Assembly: GCA_964658305.1 (NCBI GenBank)
Contig: OZ210885.1
Coordinates: 21,824,001 to 21,888,000, forward strand
DNA: 64,000 nucleotides
Source of the DNA: Leptogorgia sarmentosa
Taxonomy: Eukaryota
Direction of reading: 5' to 3'
Below are positions 24,613-38,185 of this stretch, one piece after another. The notes below the pieces were generated by a model. The model was not told where the DNA came from. It did no database searches and worked only from the letters and a program-made list of their open reading frames with translations. Position 1 is the stretch's first letter; every line of letters starts with the position of its first letter. The translations under genes and the position numbers were made by a program.

Positions 24613-27071
24613 TTGCATGTCAACGCCAAGGGAGAAACAGATTTTGAAGGAAGTAATGATGTCCAAATGCCTATAAGTGATACCCCTTGTAGCAGTAGAC
24701 AAGAACCCCAGGCGGTTGTTGAGGATGAAACATCACTTTTGGTTTGGAAAAAACAGGAACTTCTTAAGATTTTTCCAAATGAGAGCAGTGAAATGATCGA
24801 AAATGCCTTACTGCAAAATGATTTGACAAGCGCAATAAATTATATTTTAGACAATCATGATCACAATGAAGATAATAAGGGTAAGTGATCTGACAAATTG
24901 GGACAGATATATTAGGGTTGTAGAGATAGAAGTGTAAACCAGCCCTTAGGTGATAAACAACAACAAAACACTTGTTGTGCACAAATCTTACGGAACTTAG
25001 TCCATTTCCAAGGTTGCCAGATCCAGGTGCAGAATTTCAGACTAATGAAATTCTTATGAAAGAATAAAAAATTTTTAATTTTAGGTGATTTCAAAAGCGA
25101 TGATTTATTTGAGATGCCTCTTTCTATGACCAAGGTTCGAAAACTCAATCCATTAGATGCCGTTAGTCAGTTTATCAATGACGTTTCTCTTACCCACATG
25201 CCTGAGATGGACTTGGTTATCTCCAGAGAGAAAAGTATGATTGCACAGTTGCTGAAGAAATACAAGGATCCAACTTTCAATATTTGTTGCCCTCTTAATG
25301 TTCAGTTTGTGTCATCAGGTGTATTCGAAATGGGAATTGATGCAGGTGGCCCAAAACGAGAGTTCTTTCATTTTCTGAATACTGAATTAGTCAGAGGCAA
25401 TTTCAATGGCATGCAAATTTTTGAAGGTGAAACTGGTCACCTCTTGCCTATAAATAATTACGAACTGATCTCTAGCCATTTTTATAAAATGGTTGGAAGG
25501 ATGATTTTGCATGCAATCATTAACAAATGCCAAGGAATTCCTGGTCTTTCACCTGCAATAGTCAGTTATGTTGTGAGTGGAAGTCGTGATAGTGTATTGG
25601 ACACACTTTCCATAAAGGACATACCAGATCCTTGTTTGCACGAAAAGCTTAATGAGGTAATTATTAATGTTGTAATTTTACCAAAGATGCAAATTATTGC
25701 ACTGGCTATATGTGACTGTAGTTCTATAATTAGGTAATTGTTTTAATGTTCTGTGTTTAAGCTTCTGACTTGTCCAGATGATCAACTTGGTCGATTTATG
25801 GACTCTCGTGAATCATGCAATCTGGTCGATGTGCTCATTGCTGGTGGTTTCCCGCACGTTGAAGTTTGTTCAAACACAAGAGTTCTTGCTTATGAGTGTG
25901 TTGTGCGATCTGAAGTAATTACCAAACGTCTGCCTGCTCTCGATGACCTCCGCAATGGATTGGTGTCTGAACATCACATGGGTCTTAATATACTTGAGAT
26001 TGCTCGTTTCCATCAAGAAGTGCAGTTGCTCATTTTCCCCCCGCAGCACAAGAGAATCATGTTGAAAGATCTGAAGCAACTTGTCATGTTTGAGGTTGCT
26101 AGTGACTAAGAAAAAATCAACTCAAAACGATTTATGGAGAAGTACATGGAAGATCTTGATGTTCGAGGTAATAAATTTTGAACAGCCTTATAGGCACATA
26201 CTAATGATATTTATTATTTATTGAAAATAGTTCAAGAGTTTTGATTGGTTAAGAGCTGTGGATGAAATCGTGATATCCGTTCTGTAGTTGCCCAAATTTG
26301 GAGTTGAAAACAAATATATGACATTATGACGTAATTTGGTCGTATATCGAAATTTATACGACATTATGACGTCACATTAATTTATGCTGCTTATGCCAAA
26401 AAAGTAGCATTCTTTCAAACGCTTATATTGCGTTGAAATAAATTTGTTTGATTTAATTTGTTTATGTTGAATTATTCTGACTGTGTAATGTGACAACAGT
26501 CTTACAGTAAGAATATTCTTTCCTAGTCTGATTGGCTTATTCAGTCTTGCAAACACTATATAATTGTTCCATTTTCAGCAACTTGCGTGTTCTTGTTTAC
26601 AATGCAAGGATTTACCCTACAAGTCCGATATATATAACACAAACCTCTGCCTTAATAATTCCTGATATCCTACGAGAACCGAATTCAATAATTGTTTAAT
26701 GTTTTAGGCCAGAAAAGCTTTTCTTCCTCATCCAAAATTTTGTTTGTATAGACAAAAAAATGAAGCTGAATATTCGAGGCTAGGCACTGAAGAATTGTAA
26801 GAATATCATGTAATTTTGTTACTTAGATGAACAAGATGAAACCTTGAAAGATCTTGTCCAGTTCTGGACTGCTTGGCCAGCACTTCCAATGTTAAAGGAT
26901 AAAATGGTAATTGGTTTCCTCCCCAGTGACTCAAAAAATCATTTGGCAACTACGGATACTTGCTTTAACAAGCTTATGATCCCAACAGTTCATAATGAAT
27001 ATGCTGAATTCATGAAATGTATGGACATATCTGTGTCAAATGCATTTCCACTTGCATTTGGAAAGATGTAA
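24613..27071 (+). pseudogene. HECT E3 ligase cargo gene B (5' end missing; CUE-like domain plus HECT)
   Basis: Exons 24613-24880 (LLKIFPN...AINYILD), 25085-25656 (EMGIDAGGPKREFF, FEGETGHLLP), 25762-26167 (premature TAA at 26107) and 26827-27071 (LVQFWTA, TDTCFNKLMIP catalytic Cys, AFGKM). Confidence 0.85.
26211..26700. mobile_element. Crypton-like non-autonomous insert in HECT-B intron
   Basis: Starts ttatt...tgattggtt and ends aataattcctgatatcctac...ttcaataattgtttaat, resembling the ends of the 21183-21631 insert. Confidence 0.45.
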
Positions 27072-27516
27072 ATCACGCGAACTTGACAAACTTTGGACTA
27101 TCTCAAGGTCTTGTTTCAAGATCTGAATGGATCTAATATTTAGTTACGAATCAGTTATATTGTTCATGTTAGGTTAACTTGCAATTTTATCAAATGGAAA
27201 GGTTGCTTTTGGGAAATTTTGAACCTGCAGATAAGGATATGGAACAATCTAACATTGATGCACACTTTACTAAATTGATAATAGTTGGTCTTTCACTTTT
27301 AAACTAGTTTTGTTAGCAAACAGTTAGAAGGTTTAGTATAGTTTTGTTGGTTTCCATTCGTATGCAAATAGTTTTGTTGAGATGTCTTTTTACATTCATG
27401 CACTCACCAATGTTCATTCAGTATGCAAGACAGACTGCACTACACATGTGAAATATATATTTAGTAATTATTTTTGCAAATAATTTAGTGATCAATATAT
27501 GGAGTGAAAGTGTTGG

Positions 27517-30166
27517 CTAGTCTTCAAGAAACTCTCTCATTAAATGCAAAGCTTCCAAATATAAATTGCAACCATGATTTCCATCCTCATCTAGTGGATT
27601 AATGACTGACCTTAAATGTTGCCACTGTTCATCGGTCAGATTTCTTTCAAATTCTGGGACTTGTACATCATTGCCAGCATTATAGCTTGGTACTGGGCCA
27701 TGATCATCAATTCCAAAGTCCTGCCAGTTTGTATTATCCCCAATAATACTTTCGATAGCACTATTTTGAGAATTGATCAAGGAGGTTACACCTGAATGCC
27801 ATAAGGACAGTGGAGAACGGTTACCTTCGGTGCTTAATGGGTGATTGTTCCAGTCCTGTACAAATTCGCCAAGTGCCCTGTTTATTCTTGGAAGATATAT
27901 GTAGTGAAGGGCCAACAAGTGAAGTTCATTAAGTGCATCTAATACTCCCTCATTTTCCAAATGGGAGAACAATCTAATATAATAGAACACAAGAACTCTT
28001 CGAAGGTCTGCCCAGAGGCGCTCAATCCTCTGGTTGTGCACACTTCTTCCTGTGATCATGCTGCCTCGGTTTGGTCCTCGTTCTGGATGGTGCAACATGA
28101 ACCGAGCAACATCAAAATTCTCAATTCCGAAATCCGAACGGACTCTTGAAGGCAAACCAAACTTTTGAACAGCACCTTGGAATAATTCTAGGACAGTAGC
28201 AGCATAATTATTAGGGGAGCACTCCAAATATACTATACATCTGCTGAAACCATCTATCCCTCCATGAATTACAAAACACCAATTAATAAGCTTGTGATGA
28301 CCATCAATATGCCTACATAACAAACAAAGTTCGACCATTTAAGATCATATTCACAGAGCAAAGCAATAAAAAACCATGAATGCAATAAAAATGTCTATTA
28401 ATCTTGGATTAAGTTATGTGGTAGAATTCCACTAATTCAAACAGCCAAGGAAAATGAAAATTAGTATTTCAATTCACATGGTTTTGGTGACCTTTCCAAT
28501 GGAGCTACATTATTTTAATCTCACAATGAACATTACCAAGATGAAAACATTATGTGATCCTTTTTGCAATACACATAAACAGTTACTGCATGGGCGAATT
28601 TACTGAGGTTGGATTGAACCTCCCTGAAATCTTTTCAACCCCTCTTATAATTGTTCAACCCCTCAAAATTTTGCTTTAGCCTTCTAATTTTGTTTGAAAG
28701 ACTTTGACATTCTTTTTGCTTCAAAGGGCCAAAGTGCAGCTTTCACAGAACATTGCATGCAGCCATGCACCCCACTAGAAGTTCTTCCATGAAAATCCAC
28801 CCTTGGTTTACTGACAGATGGTAGGTTTGTAGACCAGTTTTACCATGCCTCATCATTAGTGAACAACTGTTTTTTATCAACTCTTAAAAAAATTTGGGCT
28901 GTTGCACCCTGACTGTGCCCCTGCTCCTCAAAGTAGTCACATTGCGCCTTAGTGTGTTAATGATTCAGTTATTCAGTGAACACAATCATTACAATGACAT
29001 ACTGTATATTTATTATGCATAGCGTGTATAGACAGATCTTCAATAAAATGTAATGCACCAGTCAATTCCAGGAGTGACCACCCCCCCCCCTCCCTATTCA
29101 AAAATAGTACACTTTTTCTGCACAATTGCACTTAGATAAATAGTTTAAGTTTCTCGAGAAAAAGTTCTTAGATTTTCATTTTCGACAGTAGAATTTGCTC
29201 AACACTGCGCTGTATTTGCTGTAATCTCATATAATTTTTGCTAGCTTAATATTAAAAATAAACTGTCAAATTCCCCGGGGTAAATAGCAACCAAAACAAT
29301 GCCCAGCCCTTTGGGCCCTGCGGACGTTTTCAAAGGGCAAGTCCCCAACCCTGGGAATAATCTTTCAAGCAAATTCCCGGGGGTGTCCCGGATGGGGGTG
29401 GTCACTCCTGGAATTGACTGGCGCATATTAAAGAGAGTAATGTGCACGAAACTTACCACAATGCGTTGGGGCATGGAACATTGTAAACACGGCGTAGAAT
29501 GGCAACACTTCGCCTCATGGCACGACTCAAAGGGTCTACACCACAAATTGCATTTCTCACTTTCCATCGTTGAATATGTATATTTCGTTGCCTCAAGGCG
29601 CCCAATACAATCGTTTCACCAGCGTTCGGCAAAATCTGGAGAACCTCTCGAACAACATTACACAAATCAGTATGGGAAATTTCAGTAAACGTGTTTCGTG
29701 GCCCACTTGTATTGCTGACTGGTAAGCGGTAGTCATGGCGTCGTCGTAATATAGTTCGATAGCTCACTCCAATTTCCACAGCAACTTGAGACCAGCTGCG
29801 GTGTATCTCATGTAAGTTGGTCAAAGCATTTTGAGGAAGACTGTATCGTCTTCATCCTCTTTCAGCAACTCTCTCTAATGGGCACGTAAAACTTAGTGGG
29901 TTGACTAAATTCTCATTTCTGATCCAAAGCGCGTCGTAGCTATTGCACAATGACTGTAATTCAGACACCAAAATACCAAGATCTGTCTGAATTTGTCCAC
30001 CGTCGATTCGTTCTATTGCACGCTGGAGAAGTATATTTACAACATAAAAGCTGTCTTCCAGACGTCGCTGGATAAACTCAACCACGTTAATATTATCGCA
30101 AAATAATTGACGACGAGCCTCTGTAATTTGATTTGGAATATTTCTCAAGAAATCTTCGATGTTCAT
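27517..30166 (-). pseudogene. IS3EU-like DDE transposase B, two exons, one nonsense codon
   Basis: Exon 1 30166-~29457 (HTH SWSQVAVEIGVSYRTILRR; RRVYNVPCPNALW) has an in-frame TGA at 29852. Exon 2 28312-27517 has [55 protein letters not shown]. Confidence 0.9.
29053..29426. mobile_element. MITE in the transposase B intron
   Basis: TIR ATGCACCAGTCAATTCCAGGAGTGACCACCCCC / GGGGGTGGTCACTCCTGGAATTGACTGGCGCAT. Confidence 0.85.
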
Positions 30167-30297
30167 TTGAATTGAATACACTCTCCTATATCTATGCACT
30201 TGAATCACTGGTTTGAATGCCCTCCCCCCCCGGAAAATAAAGCAGCCTTCCGTCCACCTTATTGGTCATAAGATGAAGTAATACCTAGCTCGAAAAT

Positions 30298-30440
30298 TGT
30301 AACCTATATCACGAGCTGCATTGCCATTTGTGATCTATATCACGCGTTGTGATCTATATCACGAGTTGTAATGTATATCACGCGTTGTGATCTGTATCAC
30401 GAGTTGTAATGTATATCACGCGTTGTAATGTATATCACAC
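30298..30440. repeat. 19-bp subterminal tandem repeat (TGTGATCTATATCACGCGT-like)
   Basis: About 6-7 copies of the tatatcacg core, upstream of transposase B. Confidence 0.85.
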
Positions 30441-31032
30441 GCTTTCAAGATTTATATATTTGGAAGAGTAACCTATTTGTCACGAGTTATACTGTATATA
30501 TTTGCAGTAATATATATCACACAAGTATGATCTATTTTGTCATATTTGGCACCTCATACATACAGTGTGGTTTCCAATATTTGATACATTGCTGCTTAGT
30601 ACCAGTGTGCATACCAAAGGTTTACGATTGTGTTTGACCCTCCAGTGTGGCAACACAACTATACTGTACAGTATTGCATTGGGGTATATGGATGAATTTT
30701 TTTGTGATTTTTACAAGAAATTGATGAAATTACAAGTTTGTGAAATGATTGGAATTTATAAACTAATGACAGTTATTGAACTTCTGTAATTGTGTCTGTA
30801 ATTATGTATAATTGTGCTGCCAAATGTAACAAGTATGACATGTCAATTTCTTTCGACACAACACAAGGGCTGTCATACTCAGTTTTTAACCATTATTGAC
30901 ATTTTAAATGCTGCTACACATTTACTCTGACTCCAGAGTATTTTTCATGATTGTGAACAGGAACTCGGGTAAATTTGCATGGTTATGGCCCTGTATAAAG
31001 CCATCTTTTTATTCATTTTTTTTCTGCATTAG

Positions 31033-32050
31033 CTGGATTCATTAGAAATTGCACAAAGCAATTTTGCTCAAGTGAAATGTGATATTGAGCCATATCTCTT
31101 TGAAGCTGGATTGGACCGTGACATGCTACAATCTAACAAGAAATTGTTGGTGGATGGACTTATTATCTATCAAGTAAGAGATGAGAGGCACCTCGAACTT
31201 GATGACCTAGCCACTGGTAAGTTTATATATTCTTGTTAATTAGTATTACCTTCATAAGTAAACTTTATAATTTTTAAGGTAAACTTATGGGTTATGCATG
31301 CACAAGTAAGCACAAATATTGAGTGTCTTTATGTATGGTAGGTATGGATGAAGTAAGTTTAGTGAGTTATTTGAAGAAGAACCAATACCTTGCAATGGTG
31401 GTGTTCCCATCAGAGGCAGATCGGTATATTGTAGCCAGTGAAGTCCTTGAGTTAGTGGCATTTGAAGACAAAGAAAAGAGTGAGGGCACCAAAAGAACGG
31501 CTGAATTCTTCACCCAGTATGTTAAGGAATTAGAATCAAGGCCAGATGGTAAACAAAAATCATCATATTTTATAGGTAGTAAAGAGGCTACAGCCAAAAG
31601 CCAATAAATTAAAGGGGAGGGCCGGGATAGAGATAATTGTGTTCCTTGCCCTCAAGGTAGTTTGGATGTGAAGCAAACCATTAGATCAAATGGCTGTTAG
31701 GGAGTCTAAGTATTACACTGGTTGGTTGACAGTTGGGCTTATTTTTAATTATTTTCTATAGAGTACACTATAGTATGCTATTATGTAATATCCATTATGA
31801 ATTTTAGTTGGTTTTTTCTTAGGTTCTGTTCAAATTACTGACCTTCTAGTTTTTTGGACTGCTGTTTCAATGGTCCAATCTACTTATGAGCTATTGGTTA
31901 CTTTTGATGGTGGTGCTAATATACTTCCTCTGTCTGAGGCATGTTTCAGGAAAATTATATTGTCCGAAAAGCATCATGACTATGATGATTTTAAGAAGAA
32001 CATGGATGTGGCATTGAAATATGGCTCAGCTGGGTTCAGTTTCAAATGAA
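31033..32050 (+). pseudogene. C-terminal exons of a HECT ligase (probably the 3' part of cargo gene A)
   Basis: Exons ~31033-31216 (LFEAGL...LELDDLAT), ~31342-31548 (GMDEVSL...FFTQYVKEL) and ~31823-32050 (DLLVFWTA...LPLSEACFRKIIL...FKKNMDVALKYGSAGF). These read as a HECT C-lobe with the catalytic Cys. Confidence 0.75.
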
Positions 32051-32753
32051 AGTCATCGTACAGTACAATTGAAGTTCAGCCATTGTCACACTGATATTAA
32101 CGGCTTGTAAAGAGGAAAGAAACTCGATATTGGTTTAAAAAATATTTTGCCTTAAAAAATAGCTATTTTATATGCCATGTAAAGTACCAACCATGGTTAC
32201 AGTTGAAATTTTCTTTATCACACTAAATCTAAAATACTTCATTGTTGTTCATTTGCAATAAATTTGGCAATGGAACATGTAAGTTTTGTGTCTGAAACAG
32301 GCCTAACCTAGTTTTATATAATACTCCCTGATTAACCTTGTTCGCTTGGTATGTATGACAAAGTATTGCCTGGGATTTTTTTGTACATGCTGAGTGACGA
32401 AGGAGCGAGATTGACTTGCCATTGCGGTAATCAAACAATAAGCGTGTGGCATTTATACATCTATGATCGGCTTTTTAAATTCAATTATTTAAATTCCTGA
32501 TCATGTGCGTAAAGATTTCTGCCCCCTCTGTGTAAGTCATGTTGTCAGTCCTTGCTAGTGCATTCACACTGGCTTCAGAAAAAGGACAGTGTTTCTGGAA
32601 CTTCCACAAACTCTGATTGTGTTTCAGGAATGGGTCCTTGCCAGTCAATACCATAGTTAGTATAATCACCCTATAAAAAAATTAACTTTGGTACCATTAG
32701 TAAGATCTTGCACAAACTTCAATATGTGGCCAGTGTAGGTAGCAGACAATAAC

Positions 32754-32905
32754 ATCAGAAAGCAGGAAAAGTTCTATTCACTACCTAAGCCATAAAATCA
32801 GATTTGACGTTTCAAACAAAGACTAATTCCCAACGAAGGGCCTTTGCTCGAAACATTGAATCTGTTTTTATTGCTTAGGTAGTAGAACTTTTTCTGCTTT
32901 CTGAT
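32754..32905. repeat. Inverted repeat, Penelope-like fragment with degenerate hammerhead-like core
   Basis: atcagaaagcaggaaaagttcta...tagaactttttctgctttctgat arms around ccaacgaagggcctttgctcgaaac. Confidence 0.45.
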
Positions 32906-33490
32906 ATCATTTTGCACAACATTGTTTCATGAAAGTTATTAAAGTCACATTACTGTAGCCCTTTCCCTTACCATGCAAGACCACAAATTTCAGGGTTACA
33001 GTACCTGGCATTCCAAATCTTCTGGACGTTGTGTACTTCTTGCTTCAGCGAGACCACTAATCCAAAGTTGCATAGGGGATTTATTTTTTTCTGTACTTGA
33101 AGGATGGTGGATATATGCATTTCTCCAGTTGTCTAAATGCCGGCTGATAATGGGCAAAAACACAAAATGGAGGCACCATAAATGAGCATTGTCATTAGCT
33201 TCGAGAATTCCATGACATTCCAGGTGGTAAAATAACTTGTAGAAAAGACTAAGGCATCCACTAAGTACTTGTGAGGCATCTACTAAGGCATCCACTAAGT
33301 ACTTGTGAGTACTCTTCCCTGCAAATTTCATGCAAACAAGAACAATGCTCAGTGGATAAGTTCTATAAACCATATTATGACAGTTTCTTCATCCTTTTTA
33401 ATTTATAAAATACAGTACTATGTACCTGGACAACAAATTTTTTATGTATTTCAATGAAACAACTGTAACACATGAAAATTCATAGTTTAA

Positions 33491-36400
33491 AGGGTATTGG
33501 CACTAAAAATTTTTATTGGCTATTTCAAACGTGTTGTAATATCTAACAATGAATCTGGTAATAATTCCTCATGAAATCTTTCAGTTTGCAAGATATATGC
33601 GTTTAATTGTGCCCCAAATACGAAAATCGTCCGCCATTTTACAAAAATTATCTTTTTGGTAATATGTTCTGTTTGACGTCATTAGTAGGGTAAGATCAAA
33701 ACAACAGTATATAAATTTTATAGTTCATATTTGCGTCGGACAGCTTTTCTTAAGTAATTATTGCCTTTTTGATTATAATAATGGAAAATATTCATGAGAA
33801 CCAAATAGGCGAAGTATTACCTTACCAATTTGAGCCAGAAGCGGGAGCAACTGCTAGTAATTTTAGCGCTGAAAGTGGTTCGGACGAAGGCAGCAAGTCG
33901 GGAAAAACAAACGTGAATCTTCAACGCATTTTCCCGAGCAGCCAATGAGATTGCGAAAGCAGCCAATGAGATTGCGAATTCGTCATTTGAATATCGCAGA
34001 CCTGGCATCCAGCATGGTCTCACGAAAATTTTGAAGAAAATATGAAAAACATTCCGTATTTTAAATGCTTTAGAAGCGACGTATGTTCACCAAACTTGGC
34101 AATAATGTAGAAAAATTATCCTAATTTCGTATTTTGTAATTGCTTTATTGCATTTTTGAATATATTTTGTGTATTTTTCGATTGTGTGTAGGCATGTGTA
34201 TATGAATGTGAATTTAGTTGCCAACCTTGTCAATTATTATAACTATTAATTACATACGCGAGTCACGGCGAGTGACCGTATTGTCGGCGCACGCATATAA
34301 ACAACTAAGGATGATGAATTAGCCCTATTCAACCTTAGTTAACATAAATAAAACCCCAAATCCCTGGGCTGCCTATGGTCTGATGGTACTGTGATAGCTT
34401 GCGAATTGCAGAAATCAGACGAGGTCTTGTTAACATTTCTTTTAACATTTTATGGGCAGCAGATCCTGTAATATAATAGTTAAAATGCATTATAACTATA
34501 ATGCTATATCGTTAATTCTAGTCTCTGGAATATTACACCACATGTCACTTGTTCATACATGTTATCTTTTGTAACCTTTTTTAATCCATTCTCTTTCAAG
34601 TTCACCATGAAGGCATTTAACAAATATTTTGTTGCCATCATGTTGGTGAATATTCACAATGTGATTGAGAATGCTGCGCCACTTTTCCTCTTTCTCATCT
34701 GCAGTTTTACTGGAATCACCAACCCAGTAAATGTGGTTAACAAATGACTGTCAAGTAGATAAAAATACAGTATCAATCCTCCAAGTCAATCAAGAAGTAG
34801 ATTTTAATAGACTTCTGAGCAAAACCCCTTGCTGACTTCGACTGTCTTTATTTAAACTTACCCCAAATCCATGGTTGAATTGAACGAAACTTCGTTTTCT
34901 TCGCTACCTTCTGCAACTTCTTCTTTTCACCTTCAAAAGTAAATGATGAAATTACTACATCTGGAAACAGCTTAGTTTTTTATTTAGAATTACACGCAGG
35001 TCCGTTATTTCTGAGTCTAAAGTAGGATCAACATATGATAGATATAATGATATGTTATTTACCTTTTGCCACATGCCAGACATCAAACGCGTGCTCAACA
35101 TCTGGTTTTTCATTCGCCATGTATGAAGAGACCTGAACATGACGATCAGTCACCAACTTCGTCACTTGAACTTCATTGTCCTCCAGGAATTTCAATTGTC
35201 GCTTTAAAGACTCAAGCTCCATTGCATTTGAATTTTTTACCTCAGTTGACTGAAAACAATTCATAAAAAGTTTAAGAAAATTGGCAATTTGTGTTGTCTA
35301 TTTATATTTACCTACTAATATTTACCTTTATAACTTGTGTATCTAAAATTACATTGCGTCCCATGTCTAGGGTACTTCCAGAACCAAAAAGACCGCTATG
35401 ACCAGGGCTGTCAACACACATATCAGATGCTACCACAACTGATTTTCCTACAACTTCTTTTATTCGTTCAGATTGTTCTCTGTGCCAAGTATTATACACG
35501 GCAGGAATAACATAATTCTTTAAAATTTTTGATAGCTCGCGTTGCTGCAGATTAGGTATTTTCAGGGCATCAAAAAACCATAAAACCTTTGCTGATTCCA
35601 TTCCTGTGGCGAGTATTCCAGTTGCGAAGAGCAAATGAAAAACCGGCATTCTATTGATTAGGGGACCAGTTGACCAAACAAAATGATGCTTGCTTTCACC
35701 ACTTTCACATGAGGCAGAGATTTTGCATGATGACCCAATTCGACTTTCCATCGTTACAATACATTTTGAGCCACAATGCCTGCATTTCTCGAAAGCTCTT
35801 AATATGGCTTCTTCAAAAACTACGATCTTCACTTGATCTTGTGGAGTCTTTCCTTTTTGAGGAATCCAACGTTCGTGATCAGAGTCGTCCTCATCTCCCT
35901 CGTTTTCGCAAGTCAAATCTGTTGCCATCACAAGTTCATTGACATTCTGTAAATATAATGTAAGTTTTTCAAAAGATATTTTGAGAAATAAAAATATAGG
36001 AATCGATGATGTCTTGTGACTTTGAAAGAATTAACATATTCGTTATTACCTTCTTTTGTGCCCTTCTTTGAGAGGAGCTCCTTGCTTTATTACAGGTTGT
36101 GCCAGGATCATGTAGTGGTTTTTTCAACGTTGGCAATGCGTCTCTTTTCAATTGAACTCGAAACGTTTCATTACATTGCAGGCGCTTGAGAAACTCTGGC
36201 GAGTGTCCTGGTTCGTGGTCGTTTTCCGCAAAATGAAGCGAACATATTTTGGTGCACGCTGATGGTTTGAAGGCTTTACGCTTGCAGAATTCAATCCACG
36301 CTTTTCTTCTACACTGTTTGGTCTGCCGATTTTCCGCTCGGAAATGCAAAAAAATGGACTCCAGCTGTATTTTTCTGATTGTCACTATTGCAACCGTATA

Positions 36401-37421
36401 CCGGACAGTATGCCATGCTTACAATTTAGCTCTAACATTATTTTGCGCTCATATTTATACTCAATAGGATAGGAACAAAATCAACAAATATTTCTCTGAC
36501 AACGTCATTCACTGGCCATAGAACAATCTTTCCCTTGGTCATGCTAAGTGTTTTTTTCCTATTCCTGTTTTTGTAGTTACGTACTTTATGCTAATCTTTC
36601 CTATTACTTGCTCTGTGGTTGCGCACCCACATAATTTTTAATTCTACAAGTTCCAGACCAAGTATATTATAATATACGCAACTTGCGCTTCTGTGCCCGA
36701 TAGCTAATGTATTTGTCTCGACTCTTGTATATATAAAAGAATGCATGATATCGAATATATACACTTTATTATTTTGTAATACTGTCGTTAAAATATTACG
36801 TAGTGCTACAACTTCACATGATTACTTGATATCAACATTCCTTCCCTTGGTCATGCTAAGTGTTTTTTTCCGATTTTTGTTTTTGTGGTTCTTAGACGCG
36901 CTATATTGCAATTACGCACTCTATGCTAATCTTTCCTATTTACTTTCTTTGTGGTTGCGCACCAATGTTCTTCTCAATTCTACAATAATATGCATGTCTG
37001 TGTGTATTTTGAAAGCTGATAGCCGATGTGTTTGTCTCGACTCTCGCATGAGGGAAAGCAAGAAATCGAATATTATACCCGTTTACTCATGGCACTGTCG
37101 TTAAAATATTAGCAGTCTGTAGTACTATTATTATTTGATATTGTAACTCATAATGCTTTGGCAATTTCATTGCACAGTTGTGTTTAGAACGCAATTATCT
37201 GCAGTGTATCTTAGTTTGTTGTTTTGCCCGAAACCCTACTAATGACGTCACAAAATGTATTCATGAATAAATTAGCATACGGGGAATGGCGGACAAGCGT
37301 CAAACATTTTTACAATTTTCTCACGAAATAAACGATTAAGACAAGTGAAAATACGAAATTAAGTATTCCGTAGGCAAGCTTGAAAGATATTGCCAATAAA
37401 AAAATATAGTGCCAATGTCCT
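33491..37421 (-). mobile_element. Kolobok DNA transposon (internally decayed)
   Basis: TTAA TSD at 33487-33490 and 37422-37425. Imperfect TIR AGGGTATTGGCACTA / AGGACATTGGCACTA. THAP-transposase on the minus strand. Convergent second-ORF remnant at 33781 (MENI...VLPYQFEP). Confidence 0.88.
34880..36416 (-). pseudogene. Kolobok transposase with N-terminal THAP domain, multi-exon, truncated
   Basis: MAYCPVYGCNS...AWIEFCKR...KICSLHF...DALPTL (THAP); ASDMCVDSPGHSG; SNAMELE; VTDRH; FDVWHVAK. Confidence 0.82.
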
Positions 37422-38185
37422 TTAAGCTTTTTAACAATTATCATGCTCCCTCTGCCAGGGCCTCTTTGAATATGACTTAACATGTATGCTGAGACATCTA
37501 CATTTCACCACCTTTGTCCGACCTAACTCGGGATGGAAGGCCATACTCATTTACAGCCTCAATGAAACATGAAAGAACAGTTGTTGCTCTATTGTTGTTG
37601 GATGCCCTCAGATAAACAGGAATTCGTGAGTAGCCATCAATGCCACCATGAATGACTATTCTCCACCTGTAATTTAATAATTGCAGTATAAAATATCCGT
37701 CACACAAATATCAATATATGGCTACAACTACCATTTTTTATTAATGTCAGGTCTTGCAAAATATTTGTAATGGTGTTAGAAATTTTTAAATGTTGCAATA
37801 AATTCTAGAAAAAAAATACTTAACATTCAACATTGTTTTCACACATTTTGTTAGTTGACCACAGAGGTACAAATTTCGGATGATAACAGTAAGTGATTAG
37901 CTATGGTACCTAATAAGCTTATGATTTCCGTCAATGTGCCAACAATGATAATGGATACCGCACGCTGTAATGACGCCTTTTCACTGTGTTTCTCCATCTT
38001 TCCATTAAGCCAATAGGGTCGGTTCTCAACAGTGATAGCCTTATTCTTTGCCATTGGAGTCGATGACTCTTGGCTTTTAGATAGCCTTTTAACATTCGTA
38101 TACCAAACCCTGGGTGTTGGTTAGTTGCATCAAGAACAAGTTGGTCCAACTGATTGTCATCAACGTCACTGTACATACCTAAAGT

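Larger units (their letters stand above)
24613..30558 (-). mobile_element. IS3EU-like element B (HECT plus transposase), left end lost
   Basis: Convergent HECT and transposase genes. Subterminal tandem array at 30298-30440. Candidate terminus ...GGCACCTCATA at 30558 (TATG on the other strand, as in the complete elements). No TSD can be verified. Confidence 0.65.

Noticed and set aside
13537..27071. A single HECT gene running across the LINE
   Set aside because: Both sides contain a CUE-like exon and a HECT N-lobe motif (GNGPVREF and DAGGPKREF), so they are two genes.
28585..28810. Possible additional MITEs in introns (also ~57670-58030)
   Set aside because: End-like motifs are present, but I could not establish matching TIRs and TSDs.
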